A stretch of 64,000 nt of DNA, taken from Paragordius varius (Eukaryota > Animalia > Nematomorpha). The position numbers and the translations under genes are program-made. The stretch spans positions 3,224,001 through 3,288,000 of the forward strand of contig OZ176052.1 in assembly GCA_964247055.1 (NCBI GenBank). Direction: 5' to 3'. This document shows, piece by piece, positions 27,388 through 42,600 of this stretch. The notes below the pieces were generated by a model. It was not told the DNA's origin, ran no database searches, and was given only the letters and a program-made list of their open reading frames with translations. Every line of letters starts with the position of its first letter. The stretch's first letter is position 1.

Positions 27388-29446
27388 TATCAAAAATTTG
27401 TTTTTTTAATGATGTTAATTCTTTTTGTGCACTCAAGTCAATATTAAATTATTTTGCACTTGAATATGCACACAAGAGCGCTCGTATGTATGTATGTATG
27501 GTAAGTTTTGTTTTTAATCAGTCATGATTATATTTATTTATATTAATTACTGCATATGTAAATATATTATCTATGCTAAAAAATGTTAGAAAATATATTT
27601 ATACGCGCCCAATAAATTATTTTATATAATATCTACCAAAATTATACTCGAGTAATAAAGTTTTAATTTTAAGAATCCTAATATGTGGATATTATTTTTA
27701 ACTTCGCTTAGGTTTTCGGCCTATTCATTGGGTTTTTTTCGGTTTTTTAAATTGAATTAATAGTCAATTATATATTGTTTGGTGCACAAAGTTTAAGTAA
27801 TTTGGTGGATTACTAGTGAGTTATTAATGCTTATTTTTCAAGGAAAGCATTTATATAAATTATAAAGATTTTCTTGTAATCGGATGAGACCTGATTATTT
27901 TTTTGGCGAATAAAATACATTTTAAGTTTTTAAAATGACTATATACCATGGTTGTAAATTTGTTGAATGTCATGATATTTTGCAATCAAAATACAGTTTT
28001 ATATCATCAACCGGAAATCTGCATATCTTATTAATAAACGACTCCGTTCTTACAGGTTTTTTTGGATGCATTTTAATTTTAAAAAATCCGCTAAAAGTGA
28101 AAGTTAATGTACCTTATAAATAATTGGGTGTGCATTTTTTTATTGATATTATTTTTTAAAATAACTCGCTAGTTGAGTTTTCTGTCAAAGAATTGTGTCT
28201 TTTAAGTTGGGACGAATTTATAAATGAAAAAATTACGGTATCCAACTTTTTCCCATAAAACTAACGCGTAGAATTCATTATTTGATCGGCTCGCTGGGGT
28301 CTGGTTTTGAACCTAAAATTGTCGGCTTGGTTTAAGGCGGTTTTGTATATGGCGGGACTTTCTAATAATTTTTACTTTTCCGAATCATCCTAATCCCAAT
28401 ATTGCAGCATTAAACATGTTTTATAGGATTAAATATATATATATATATATATATATTAATTTGTAATTTTTCATAAAGAAAAGGTGAAGAAAATTTAAAA
28501 AAATTAGAAGTATACAATTTTTTCTAGTCTACTCTACTTTATTTTATGGGCGTTATATTTCATGGTCCATGTTTGGGTCCATTATTTTAAAAAACTGTAA
28601 AATCAAAAATTATATAGTTTTTTACATATATCGGCCATGTTATGTAGATTATGATTAGAAATTACCAAATTTGTTTGGTGAAAATGATTTGATATTAGAA
28701 TCTAAATCAGAAGATGCAAGAGGTATTTTCACTTATTTTGATTCTTAATTTAATGTTTTCTGAATAATTTTATGGAGAAGAAGCAGCTAAATTAAAGGAA
28801 AAAATTGTGTTCGGGGCGTTTTAAGGATGTGATCCATTTCGCTTATGTGAATGAGCCATGGCGGACAACTCAAGTCATATATCCTCTTTTTGAGTTATAT
28901 GATCTGATATTTTCTTGATCTACAAAAAAGGTAACTTAAAATTTTCCAATCTCAACTTTTGAGCCATAAGCCATTTATTTAAGTTACTTGATCCGGCTCA
29001 TATACTTAGTTCTGGCATGGAACTATATGTGTTTAGTTGGAAGCTTAAGAAAAAGTATATTTTGACCGGTTGAGTAAACTACTGCTTAACTTCTTCAGAC
29101 AATCGAGCAATGCCCTCATGTTTAACGCAATTGGATATTATTCCAGATATTTTTAAAACAGTGTAATTTTTCGAATCACCATTTCTAGATTTATATTTTG
29201 AAAATCTAGAGCGCCATTTCCAGTGCAAAAAATTCGGCGGGCCGCGTTGAAAAAAATATAGCAAAACGTCCACAAATATCCTATTATATTTCAATCATGG
29301 TATTTTAAAAAAATTTACAACCACTATGTATCTGCTAATTATTTAATTTTTGGATAATCCGCTTGCAAAAATTGAAAAAATGTATTCAAATTTATGCTTA
29401 CGTTATTACACAATTAAATCTCTTACAAGGAGAAAAATAAATTTAA

Positions 29447-29640
29447 TTATCTTTACGGTTCTTGTCTATAAAATTTTTGGATGAATGATAATTTTTACCT
29501 GAAGAACTCTTACCACTTATTTTTAGTGATCAAGAAGTTAATCACAAAAAAATTTAAATTAAGTTACATATCTTACGGTTCTTGCCTAATATAATTTATT
29601 TGAATGGTTATTTTTGCCTTAAGAAACTCATAACACTTTA
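29447..29640 (+). repeat. Degenerate direct repeat (~70-bp unit, ~120-bp period)
   Basis: Two copies of tcttacggttcttg.ct...gaatg.t.atttt..cct.aaga.actc.ta.cactt. Confidence 0.6.
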
Positions 29641-30023
29641 CGAAATCCTGATTAAATTCAACAGCTTAAAATTAATAACCCTTGGATAAATAATTAATGT
29701 TAATTATTATATAGATATAATTTTTAATCAATTAAAAAAATACAAAATGATATAAAAGTTATAATATCACTAAAATATTTGGTTACAATATAAAATGTTG
29801 TATATTTAATTTTTTCAATTTTTTAAATACGATAATTATACATATTAAGTTGCTATCCCTCAAAAATTTAAAAAGAAGAAGTTTTGATAAATAAATTTCC
29901 TTCTTTACAGGAACGGTTTTTACCCTGAATAAAATTGATGTACATAAAACAATTAAATTAAACGTATTTAGACCCGCAGACAAATCTAATATAATTTGGT
30001 AGATGAAAGTCAACAACTATATA

Positions 30024-30303
30024 CAGTAAAAACGGAAATTATACGGACAAAATGAAAAAAAATTATTTTAAAAGACAACCATACTTTTTCAAACCTTACT
30101 TTATCCTATAAAAAACATTTACTTATAAAAAAAACATAATATATGATTGCGTTACCAATTTACATTTCTAATACTTGTAGTTGACAACAATGAGTTAGTT
30201 ATATTTTAAAAAATCAGGATTAAAAAAGTATGGGTTGCTTTATAGAACAAAATATTTGTCTTTATATTTTCACGTTTTGTCCGTATACTTTCAATTTTTA
30301 CTG
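30024..30303. mobile_element. MITE family B copy
   Basis: TA-cagtaaaaacggaaattatacggacaaaa ... ttttgtccgtatactttcaatttttactg-TA. Confidence 0.85.
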
Positions 30304-33300
30304 TAATTATAACAAATATTATTTTAATTAATTAAAATATCAATGATTGACGCTCTTATATATATACAACTGCATTTTAAACAGAGCGTTTCTGTAATAT
30401 TAAAAATTTTAAATTTATATTTTGTTTCTTATATCTTACTAAAACTTCTTTACAGTTGTTCCAAACATTAATAATAACTGTAAAAAAAAAGTAAATTGTA
30501 CTCTATTTATATTATGTAAAAAAAGTTTGTTTTACTTCGGTGTGAATATTTTTTTGTATTTATATCTTTGCAACATAACCAACTAATGCTATTGATTTTT
30601 ATTAAATCCTTATTTCATTTATCTATCAAATTAACGCGCGGGGAGAATTATTTTCGAAAAAATGTATTGATTGGGAATTCGATATAGAAAAAACTTTTAT
30701 AATTAGCATGTAGGTTGGTTATCTAGATTATATAAATTTATATACATAAAATTTTGTATGAAGCTGTAAAACAATTATTCAGGCTTAACCGATATAAAGG
30801 AAACATTATAAAGTTTTAGTATAATTTCATATTATTTGATATTTTCCGTCAATTTCTATTTCGGGTAAGAATTGAAACCATTAGTTGGTATTAAATTTAA
30901 AAATATTTTTTATATGAAGTTTTAATTAAGACAAAGACAAATTTCGGCATGAATATATCATTGAAAAATACAAAATATTATAAAAGTTTTTATGATAAAC
31001 GAAAACCGATTATTATTTCATCATAAAAAACGATAATCATGTTAAAATTAGACCATTAAAATTTATATTCCCAAGACATATTATGGACAAGCTACTTTTG
31101 TAAATGGAATGGTTTGTCAAAAAACTGTAAATACATAAGATAAGAGATGGGTTGATTAACTCTAAATAAAAATTAATTTATTATAAAAATTTTGTGGCAA
31201 TATACAATTTACCGTTAAATATGAGTGATTTAAGGGATAAATTGTTTCTATTAATTATTATCACAAAATATTGTAAAATATTCATCTAAAAGCCTTTGCG
31301 ATTTGAGTAAAAAACGCGTATTCCTAAAGTAAACTAAAGCGCTTTTTTATATACAAATGTTTTTTTTACCCATTATTCTTTTTGTACTTTTCCTATACTA
31401 CACAGTACCATTATGGTATGTAATTTATTTTGTCTACAACATAAATAAAACCGTAAAGTTAATGTTATAATATGGAGCAAAAATGTTTAATTGTAGCTTA
31501 GAGATTGTTCTACATAATATATTACTGTAAAGTAGCCAGTACATTTTTGCACATGCAGAGTAGACGCTAAATTGTTCACAGTGTTAATGCTAGAAAATTA
31601 ACAACAAAAGTCCACAAAACAAAGCGAAATTACAAAGATGAATATAAAAATGTCTAAAAATGAAAATATAATTCATATACAAGTTATATATATGTGTGTG
31701 TTATCTATAGGACTGACCAGACTAGACAGAGGCCTCTGTTATCGATTATTTCTGATCGTAATAAAATCCCTGCTAAATATATTTCCATTACTGTACGCGT
31801 CTTCAATATGTAAAACCAGGATCCTTGTTCTACACCATATCCAATTATTAATGTGACACAATAAAGTTCTGAGCTAAAAAGCACCAAAACAAGACAAAAC
31901 GCAGAGGGGATTGAGAAAATATAAATATAGCTTTAAGTTAAAAAATTATCGACATTACTATGGGGAACAAAAGGTCAATCTTCTATCTAAACTAAATTCT
32001 AAAATTAGAAAATCCTGAGACAAGTAAAATAATATGTTTTAAAGATATTAAAAACACATGAATAACGGGCACAATTTTTATTAAATGTTATTTATTTTTA
32101 TGATCAGGAATCAAGATATAGGGATTTCATTTGGAACAAAAGGATAAAAAGTCATGTAATATAGATAACAAATACACTTTGTTGTTTTATTCGACAATAT
32201 TGTATTATTACCTGAAATTTACCAATCGAATATATTTACCTTACTTTCCAGCATATATACATATACTTTTGTAACACAAGATTACATGAATAAAAATGTA
32301 CAATTTTTATAAAACCTAATGGTTTATCGAACAAAACTACCATACCATACATTCTCTCTATTTTACAAATGCAAACAAACGTTCCCATACAATGCTTTTG
32401 TCTTCTTTACTCCTGTGTAACAAAATCAACGAAAAAAGACATAAAAAGCCACAGAGATTTGTTTTTTTAATAAAAAAATAGGTAATTAAACTTACATGCA
32501 TAGTTTCTTATTAAAAATGTATTGTATAATTTTGTCTCGTTTGCGACCAGCTTAAGTTGTAACCTCAAAATTAATTGTGATTCGGAAAATAAGGCATACA
32601 ATTATTAAATATATATATACATCTTTATGTAATCCAATCATATATATATATATACATATATGAAACACAGGTATATTAAAAATATTTATTAATTTGGTAT
32701 GTATACATACATAGGTAATATTAAAAAATGAATATAAACAGACAGAGTATAAAACGTAGTTTCGTTAAGAAATACATGCGTGTGATGATATGATATGTCA
32801 AATACAAAATCACAAAAAAAAACATTTTAAAAATGCATCGATATATGTTTCTCAAATAATGAAAACACTTTTGGTTGACAAAAAAGCACAGGTACGCTAG
32901 AAAAGCATTTTAAGGTGAAATGGCAGTATGTAGAGCTAAAACTTAAAATTAACCAATGTATTAAATGTGAAAAAACTAAGGGCCGTAATTTAATTTAAAA
33001 TGATATAATGGATAGGAAAAATGAGTGTGGTTATAATGAGTTTGTTCCATTTACAGGCTATCACATAAAATTTGTAAAGAATTGATTACTTTTTATCGAT
33101 GTTTCGGTTTCGTTCGAGCAAACAAACAATGATACATTTTTGAGTCATGTTGGAGATTATAGGAAGAAGTTTAAATTGAGATTGTGTATAAATCACGGTA
33201 GTAGCGATAAATTAGCTGTAATTATCAATCGTGGATTGTTATTGAAAAGTTATTGATACATGAGAGAGATAAATTACGTAACCAAAAAATAAATAAAATA

Positions 33301-33425
33301 TATATTAAGTATGTAAGATAAGTGTGTGTCTCTATGTACGGATGATGTATGTATGCAAGCTTAAAATAAAATTAAAAAAAGACCTAAAAACAGAGTAAGT
33401 AGTGTAGTTTAACATAATGAGTGGT

Positions 33426-35065
<1,640 letters not shown>

Positions 35066-35439
35066 TGTTTCTGAATGTGTTTTTTCTTAAAAAATATTGG
35101 ATAGCAACGGAAGTGGCGCAAATTATTATGGCAATAAAATAATTTGAAATATGGCAGTTAGATTGGTAAATTGAATCAATTTATAATTTAAATTATAAAA
35201 TAAAAATTTTGTATAATAAAAAAGTTCATCTAAATTAAATAAAGAATAATATGTAAAGTTTTTTTTACCTCCAAATATAGTTTTTTGATATATATAAATT
35301 TTAATGCTATTAGTTTTTGGCGCAAATCCCTTTTATGGTATTTGATTCATATTATAAATTTAAAATTGCGCGATTTACATTGTATAAAAATCGGGGGTGT
35401 AAAAATATCTTTATGATTAATTTGTTCTGATAGATAACA

Positions 35440-36200
35440 CTGCTTCATCGAAGGGCCTGAATATATATATATTCTAGAAAAAATATAGATTATCATGGTG
35501 ATTTTGGTTTTGGCCTCTACAAGTAATTTAAAAAAAGTTTGTAATAGTGGTTTATATAAGAAATTAAAAAAATTGCGCTTTAAAGAAATTGTTCAAGCTA
35601 AATGCATTATTCCAAAAAATATCACTAAAGCATATCATTTACATAAAAAGTAAAACAATTTTTTTTAGATGTGGGCAATAAAAGTCCTATTTTTTCCCTC
35701 TTTAAAACGGGCTAGTTCTCTCAAAAAACGCGAAATTCCCCGAATTGCGGAATATATATTTAAAATATATGCATTTGACATCTATAAAAATTTTTTAAAA
35801 AGTTTGATTACACAAAAATAATTACCTGTTGAAACACATATATTTTATGAGGAAAATGTGCAGGAGTGCTTTTGGTTTTGGCTGTTAAGAATATATAGGT
35901 AAGTTATTTACACTTTTGTGGTAAGCGTCCATATCAGAATATGGAATTTGTGCACATCTTTTTATATATGTTTTTGGTAAAAGCTAGTGGCTTCATTCTA
36001 AAAAATATCACTAAAATATGTTATAAACTACATATGAAAAGTAATCAATATTTCAAAAAAAAATATTTAGTGTAGGCTCCGAAAGTCGATTATAGTGCTC
36101 TTCGAAAATGGGCTCGTCCTTTTGTAATGAACGTAAATAATGTGCCCGATAAATTTTGAATATATACTATATTTTCATATCAACCAAAAATAAATTTAGT
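35440..36200. mobile_element. Two tandem family A arms upstream of alpha-tubulin
   Basis: Both ~35440-35790 and ~35820-36200 align to the family A arm (ggtgattttggttttggc; gtccatatcagaa; aaagctag; aaaaatatcactaaa). Confidence 0.6.
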
Positions 36201-38419
36201 GCATACTTTTTCAAAGATAATTTTTAGCAAATTTTATTGAGCGTATTTCATACTATTGTGAGTCATGATGGAAACTGTTTAATACGTTTTATATCATAAA
36301 AACACTTTTCTATATGATTCAATAAACATTTCAATAATCTCAGAATTTAATTTATTTTCGTTCGTCTTCAAATTTATGTAAAATAAAAATTGTGGGTGGG
36401 GTGCTAAAAAAATTTTTTTGACTTGGTTTGTAAGTACAAGTCATAGCTTGCTTTTATGTGATAAAAAAATTTAATATTAGAAGACTTAAGTAAAAAAAAA
36501 CTTGATTCGGAAGTGATAAAAAATCATATAACCAGTTAAACTTATAGATTTGCAAGCGTGGTGTAGGGCACACTTGACATATTTTATATGAAAATTATTT
36601 TGGAAACTATTTATGGATGTAATTTAGGCTTTATATATAATTAAAATTTCTATTAATATTATAAATTGTTTATTTGATAAATTATGGCTAATTAACCTAT
36701 TCAAATTGGGTGGATACAAAAGAGGATAAATTTAAAAAAATTATGCAAATATTTAACATATAAAAATATGCTAAATATATCAATTCCCTGAACACGCAAA
36801 TAAATTTGATTTTCGAAAATTTCTTAAAATTTATAGTTAAATAATCTTGTAAATTTTCAAATCTTCGTTTAATACTTCGATTCAAATTGGGGTACCTAAA
36901 TACCGCAGGCTAAATTTTAATTAATATTTTTATAAAACTCTTGAAGGAAACGGTCCCAATTTAATTTATGCTTCGATTTTAATAAAAATTATATATATGC
37001 CAAAATATCTTAATAAAATTTTGTTTTGAAAAAAACTTCCATGTGAAACTACTTCGACGCCATTTTTATTTTACAAAATATTTGCAAAATATCGTCTTCA
37101 TTTAAATTTAAGGGTAAAATTAAAGCTAATTTTTTATTTAAATTACATCTAACATTGATAGAGATAGAAAAAGCGGCTTATTTCGTATTATTTTTTAATT
37201 TTACCATTTGACACATGTCACGTTGACGAAATTTTTACCTTTCGGTTTTAGCTTGAAATGAGTATTATCAAGTATTTTTGAATAAATTTTTTTATATATT
37301 TCGGTTTATTAATGTTATATAAGTGCAGAATTTTGCCATGGTTTCGAATCCTTCCATACTTTTTAAAGTATTTAATTTAAAACAGGCCTGGGGTATCCTA
37401 CTACCCCATTTTGAATTCAAGGACAAAAATGAGTGTATCGTATCCAAGTGTTAATAAACGCTCAAGGTTACTTCACTATTAAATAATGTAAAGAATTTAA
37501 TTCATCATAAATTTATTTCGAATGTAAAGTTGATAACCAATTAAAAATTATAATATGTTATATTGTATTAATCCCATTATGTTTGCAAATGAACTCCTAA
37601 CAAAATGAGTAGTGTGGTAAAATAATAGAGAGTGTTTTAAGGGCGAATGGTTTCATCACCTTAAAAATTTTACCGGTCCCAATATTTAGAAAAATCTATA
37701 ATATTAAATAAGATACGTGCCAGTGATTTTGAAAAACTTTAATAAATGCATATATTAATTGTTTATCTTTTTGTGCCTTATTTCATAAATTTTGACTGAA
37801 AATAATCGAAATAATTTCCATAAAATTCGAATCGGTGGCTAAAAAATGTTACATTCATAAATAAAAGACTTGACAAGCGTTTTTTTATCACCGATCTTCA
37901 AGTGTACACTTGCTGGCTCAAGTAAACATGCTCAACTTACCACGCTTGACTTACAAGTCAGGTGCGACTTTCTTTAACCCCGCCCCACATGTATGCGTTA
38001 TCTTAAAAAATATGCAAAACAAACCATTTTCATTTTATATAAATGGTAGATGTTATTAATATAAACAATTCTTAAATTTTAGGGTTAAAATAAAAAACAC
38101 GATATTTTGCGAAATTGTTTAAAATAAAAATGGCAGAGAAATATTTTGTTATGGAGTTTTAAAGAATTTTTAAATATATTGGCTTTAATTTTTATTATGA
38201 TAGAAGCATAAATTTACTCGAATCCTTCCTTTTTAAAATAATGTCTCAGGACACTATTTCTTATTTAAATCGATGAGTTAAAAGTCTTTCGTCTCACATT
38301 TATATTAATTAGAAACTGTGTTTTATGAAAATTTAACCAAATTTAAAAGCAAACGATTCATTAAATTACAATCTCAGGTGATCGATGTCCAATATTGAAT
38401 TATATAAAAAAGTTTTTAT

Positions 38420-38822
38420 ATATCTTAACAGTTTTACCGTTTTAACCTGTGCGTCAACCATAAAACTCGCTTCACCCAAATTTTGGTATTATTAGACAAA
38501 ATATCCATTTTTTCGGTAAATATTTTTGATCTATCATGCGCTCGGTATTTTTAGATTGGGCGAATTAATTTTAGACTTCGAAGTTCTCATCTAAAAATTA
38601 TATTTTAATAAATATAATGTTTTATTAGTTATGTTTTTTGGAACTTCACCAACAAATTTCGTTTTAAATGTGCGCAAATTTTGCCATTTTCTGATATGGA
38701 GAAGTTAAAAGTGTATAACACTTCTTAAATCACTCGTAACGGCCAAAAACAAGCACCATTATATCCCTGATCTTCTATCATAATATATATTTTCATTAGG
38801 ATATTTTTTCTGACATCCTGTA
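38420..38822. mobile_element. Family A arm (reverse orientation)
   Basis: Contains ttcaccaa...tgtgcgcaaattttg.cattttctgatatgga and ends ctgacatcctgTA, a Tc1-like terminus. Confidence 0.55.
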
Positions 38823-39617
38823 TACCTATAGAGAGAATTAAATTTATATGGTGAAAAACCGAATCATTTCTAATATACGTCGCAACTATACACAGACATT
38901 AAAATTAAAAATTAATGTTTATGGCTAAAAATTCAACAAATGATGTTGGAACTATAAAGCTCGAGACCTTTCGCATAAATATTTTGCTTTTAAAAACCAG
39001 ATTTTTCATTTAATATGAATCAGAACAGATGTCAACTGAAAATTCCATTTTGCAAAAGCTACTTTGGTATACATTACCATGTTAACAGTAGTTTATTTTG
39101 AGAGTTTTTTTTATTTAATATTCACTCCAGAGACGACATTGTTACATTACTTAAATTGTAATTATAATTAAAAATGTTTTTTTATATACAATGTATAGAG
39201 ATGAACTTGGTAATTTTTTTAAATTGATATAGATAACAATTATTAATTAATAATTATTATGCAATAAATCTCTTTGTGACTTAAATGCAATTACTTGCTT
39301 ATTCATTTCCAATTTTATATATTGGTTTTTCTTTTCTTAAAAAAAAGAAGATGGATGCATATTTTAAAATAGGTAAATTTTGGCATTCTATATTGAAAAG
39401 CTATATTATTACATACAGTGTGCTATACTATTCCCTATAGTAATTTGATTTGTACAAATAGTATACAGATGCTATAAAAAATGACAATATATATATATAT
39501 ATTGATATTAATTACTTTTAAATATAAATATATATATACATTATATTTTTCATCACACCCAAAGAGACATATTTATAGAATTGCACTCAACGATTTTTAA
39601 CAATTTAAAATAAAATT

Positions 39618-42600
39618 ATGTGGATCATCTTGTTTTTCACAGTTTTTTCATGTATTATCACACAATCAATGACCCTTAAAACAGATTTGTTAAGTCATTT
39701 CCCAACAGAAACACTACAAAGCAAAGGAGATATAAATTTGGGCGGTTTGTTTGAGATCTACCGCATGAATGAAAATGGTCTATTCTGCTCAACGGATTAT
39801 GACCAGGGTTCTTTAATTAAGGCATATTCCATGATATTCATGATAAATCAATGGAACACTCGACATTTTAAACCAGTTTACAATATAACCGTAGGTTATC
39901 TCATACTTCCGACGTGTGGGACCCAAGTCATTGGACAAGTAAAAATCTAGTATAAATTAGATAAGCTTTCTTATTTTTTAATGTTATCGTTTGCCTTGTT
40001 CAAAATTAACTCATACGATACCATAATTATACTGTAATTTTATTTTTTCATTTCATGTTATAAGTATGATATTATAAAATTAAATTATTAGGTCCAATTT
40101 ATAAGTTTTCAACCCCATCGCTAATAAGTAAGACAGTTCCTATAAAAAATTTTACGAAAATATTTATCTAAATTTACAAAAGGATTCAAAAGTAAAAAAA
40201 CGTTTATTTTAAAAAGGTAATACATGCGGACCAAACTTTTGATTAATTAATTGATCGGTGTACTAAATGTAATAAAAATTTAAAATTATTTACATAAGAT
40301 GATTTCATTTTATGTTATATTACCTTTATTACTTATACGATAAAAGAGAAGCCTTAGAAATTAATGACAAGATGTTACAGTAAAATCATATTACAGTAGC
40401 GTATGATAAAAAACACCAAATGCATGTAATAAAACAATTTCTCTCTATACTTTAGAATTATGTCTATTTAATTTTGGACAAAGTTGTTTTAAATATTAAA
40501 CTCTATTGTATATGTTTATTCTTCTAATATTCAAATTTTGTAATATCATTTATGTGTGCTCTTTTCATTAAGCAGATTTTGCCAGAATTTAAAGAATCTT
40601 TAAAAATATAATTAGCATTTTGTTTTTAATGTCAATAAATTTTAAATTATATTTAATTCAATAAAAAAGTTGCCGTACATTTATTAGGTTTAAATAAATA
40701 GATCTCAATTTTTATCTAACTAACAAATAGTTAATTTAAAACAAATCTGTAATAATATAATTTTTTCAGAATTAATTGTAATCAACATGGATATATAGAA
40801 ATAGCTTTTTCTAAGGATAATTTATCCACTAGTAACTCTATAGGAAAAACCTAAAATTTTGAAATTACGATTTTTTTGTAAATAATTGTTTTCTTTTTTA
40901 TCATATATTTTAAAACGGGCGTACTCGACACAAATGGCATCGCGGGCCTTAGGGTTATATATGGGCATACATTAATAATTTATATAGGTTTCAAACGTAA
41001 GATTCAAAAAATTTAAACCCAAACAAAATTTTTACTAGTTTTTGCCAAGAGACTTAATCAGAAAAATTGTTTAATTATCAATTTAACCAAGTTTTTTTCA
41101 CATATTTGTGCAAATTATGGATTTCCAAATTTTCGCGGGCCGCACATAAAGTCTCTGAGTGCCGCGTGTGTTAAAAATGAAAATTGGGTGGATTCAATAT
41201 TTAAACTCTTTTTTATAGTATAATTAGGACGTATTGAGCAATAGCATAAAAAGTAAATAATAACCAAATAGCAATCATTTAAACAATTTTCTGTTTTTGC
41301 AAGAATATTTTTTCATTTTCATTCGATTAGTGCTTTTAACACTTTATTTCTCTAGATAAAAACGACCCTGCTCATCATTTGAAAAGCAAAACATTTGCCG
41401 CTAAATATTTATTTATTTATTGCATTCGCACAATCCTTATTACTACAAATAAACTTTTATGATTTATAAATAATTTATTTAATTTTAAATGCATTTTGGG
41501 AAAATTTTTAAATCCGCTGCTATTAAAAATCAATATAAAAAGCTATTTAAGTTTTCGGGAATAGAAGTAAAATAATGAAAAAAAACGAAAATGTTTAATT
41601 CAGGGATTTAAGCCGTAACTGTAACCGCGGTTCCACACTCCTTTTTAATTTTTTTAAAACAGTTAACATTATTTATAAATTAAATTTCATTTAATTTGTT
41701 TTGAAAACATACCTTAAGTCTCTAGGAAAAAAGAAGCATGCATGGTTTGTATACATGTGACTATTCTGAAAATTCTATAAAGAAATTAGGGTAGGTAAAA
41801 ATTACAAAATTAAAACAGTTGATCAAAAAATAATTGATTCGGAATAAAATATTATCACACATAATCCTGTACGACCAAAATTATCCTGGCTTTTTCAGAA
41901 ATCGCTTTTTATTTGAATCGGATCCAGAAAAAATATTAACTTGAAAGAAGAAACGGTTACAGCTTCCAATGCATTGTTAAATAATAAATGTTTAAATTAT
42001 GTTTGGAAAAAAGCTTCAATTATAATTAAATTCCTTACTAACATATCAGGGGGTGAGATTTAAACCGTTGAATCAAATTATAATAGTAATAAACCATGTA
42101 ATTTACAATAACAGTAATTAATCTGAGAGGCATAGCTTGCATTTGTGTCGCCCGGTGCATGAATCCGTGATGGCGCCCCCTCCCTCTCCATCCACTCCTA
42201 GAATTTTTAAAAAAATCATCAAATTGAAACCGTGGTCTGACACTCCTAAATGGGTGATTTTTTTATGTATTATTTAAAATAATAACTTTTGAATGACTAT
42301 TTTTTTGAAATAAAATAAAATTTTTAAAATCCGGCACCCGTTCAACTATAACCTCCCTGGTGTATCAGCCCCCTTCCCCCCCTCTGATCTTTTTTTCATG
42401 GTAACATAAATCAAATTAACTACTTTGCATTACAACACATTAAGATTCGAAAATCAATTTATAGATTTTTAAATAAATATATTTTTTTCTAATGAATAAA
42501 ACACAAATCTTTCTAACCCGTTTTAGAAATATAATATTTTTTCTAAAATGATTCGAAAACCCGGTGTAAGGTTTATTAAGTATAGTTTTAAGTCACATTC

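Noticed and set aside
28800-29260. Minus-strand decayed frame with CTG..A and LSCPPW, resembling non-LTR retrotransposon sequence after the RT domain
   Set aside because: Many stops and only short motifs; too weak to call without a search.
31705-31887. Minus ORF containing LIIGYGVEQGSWFYILK, resembling the papain-family VGYG...YW..KNSW motif
   Set aside because: The catalytic His and Asn are absent and no other cathepsin exons were found nearby. Probably chance.
35100-35330. ETS-like (cggaagt) and E2F-like (tttggcgc) words upstream of tubulin
   Set aside because: Plausible promoter elements, but short motifs without TSS data cannot be supported.
37335-37355. ggtttcgaatcc resembling a tRNA or SINE B-box
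   Set aside because: It has an extra base, no A-box and no cloverleaf.
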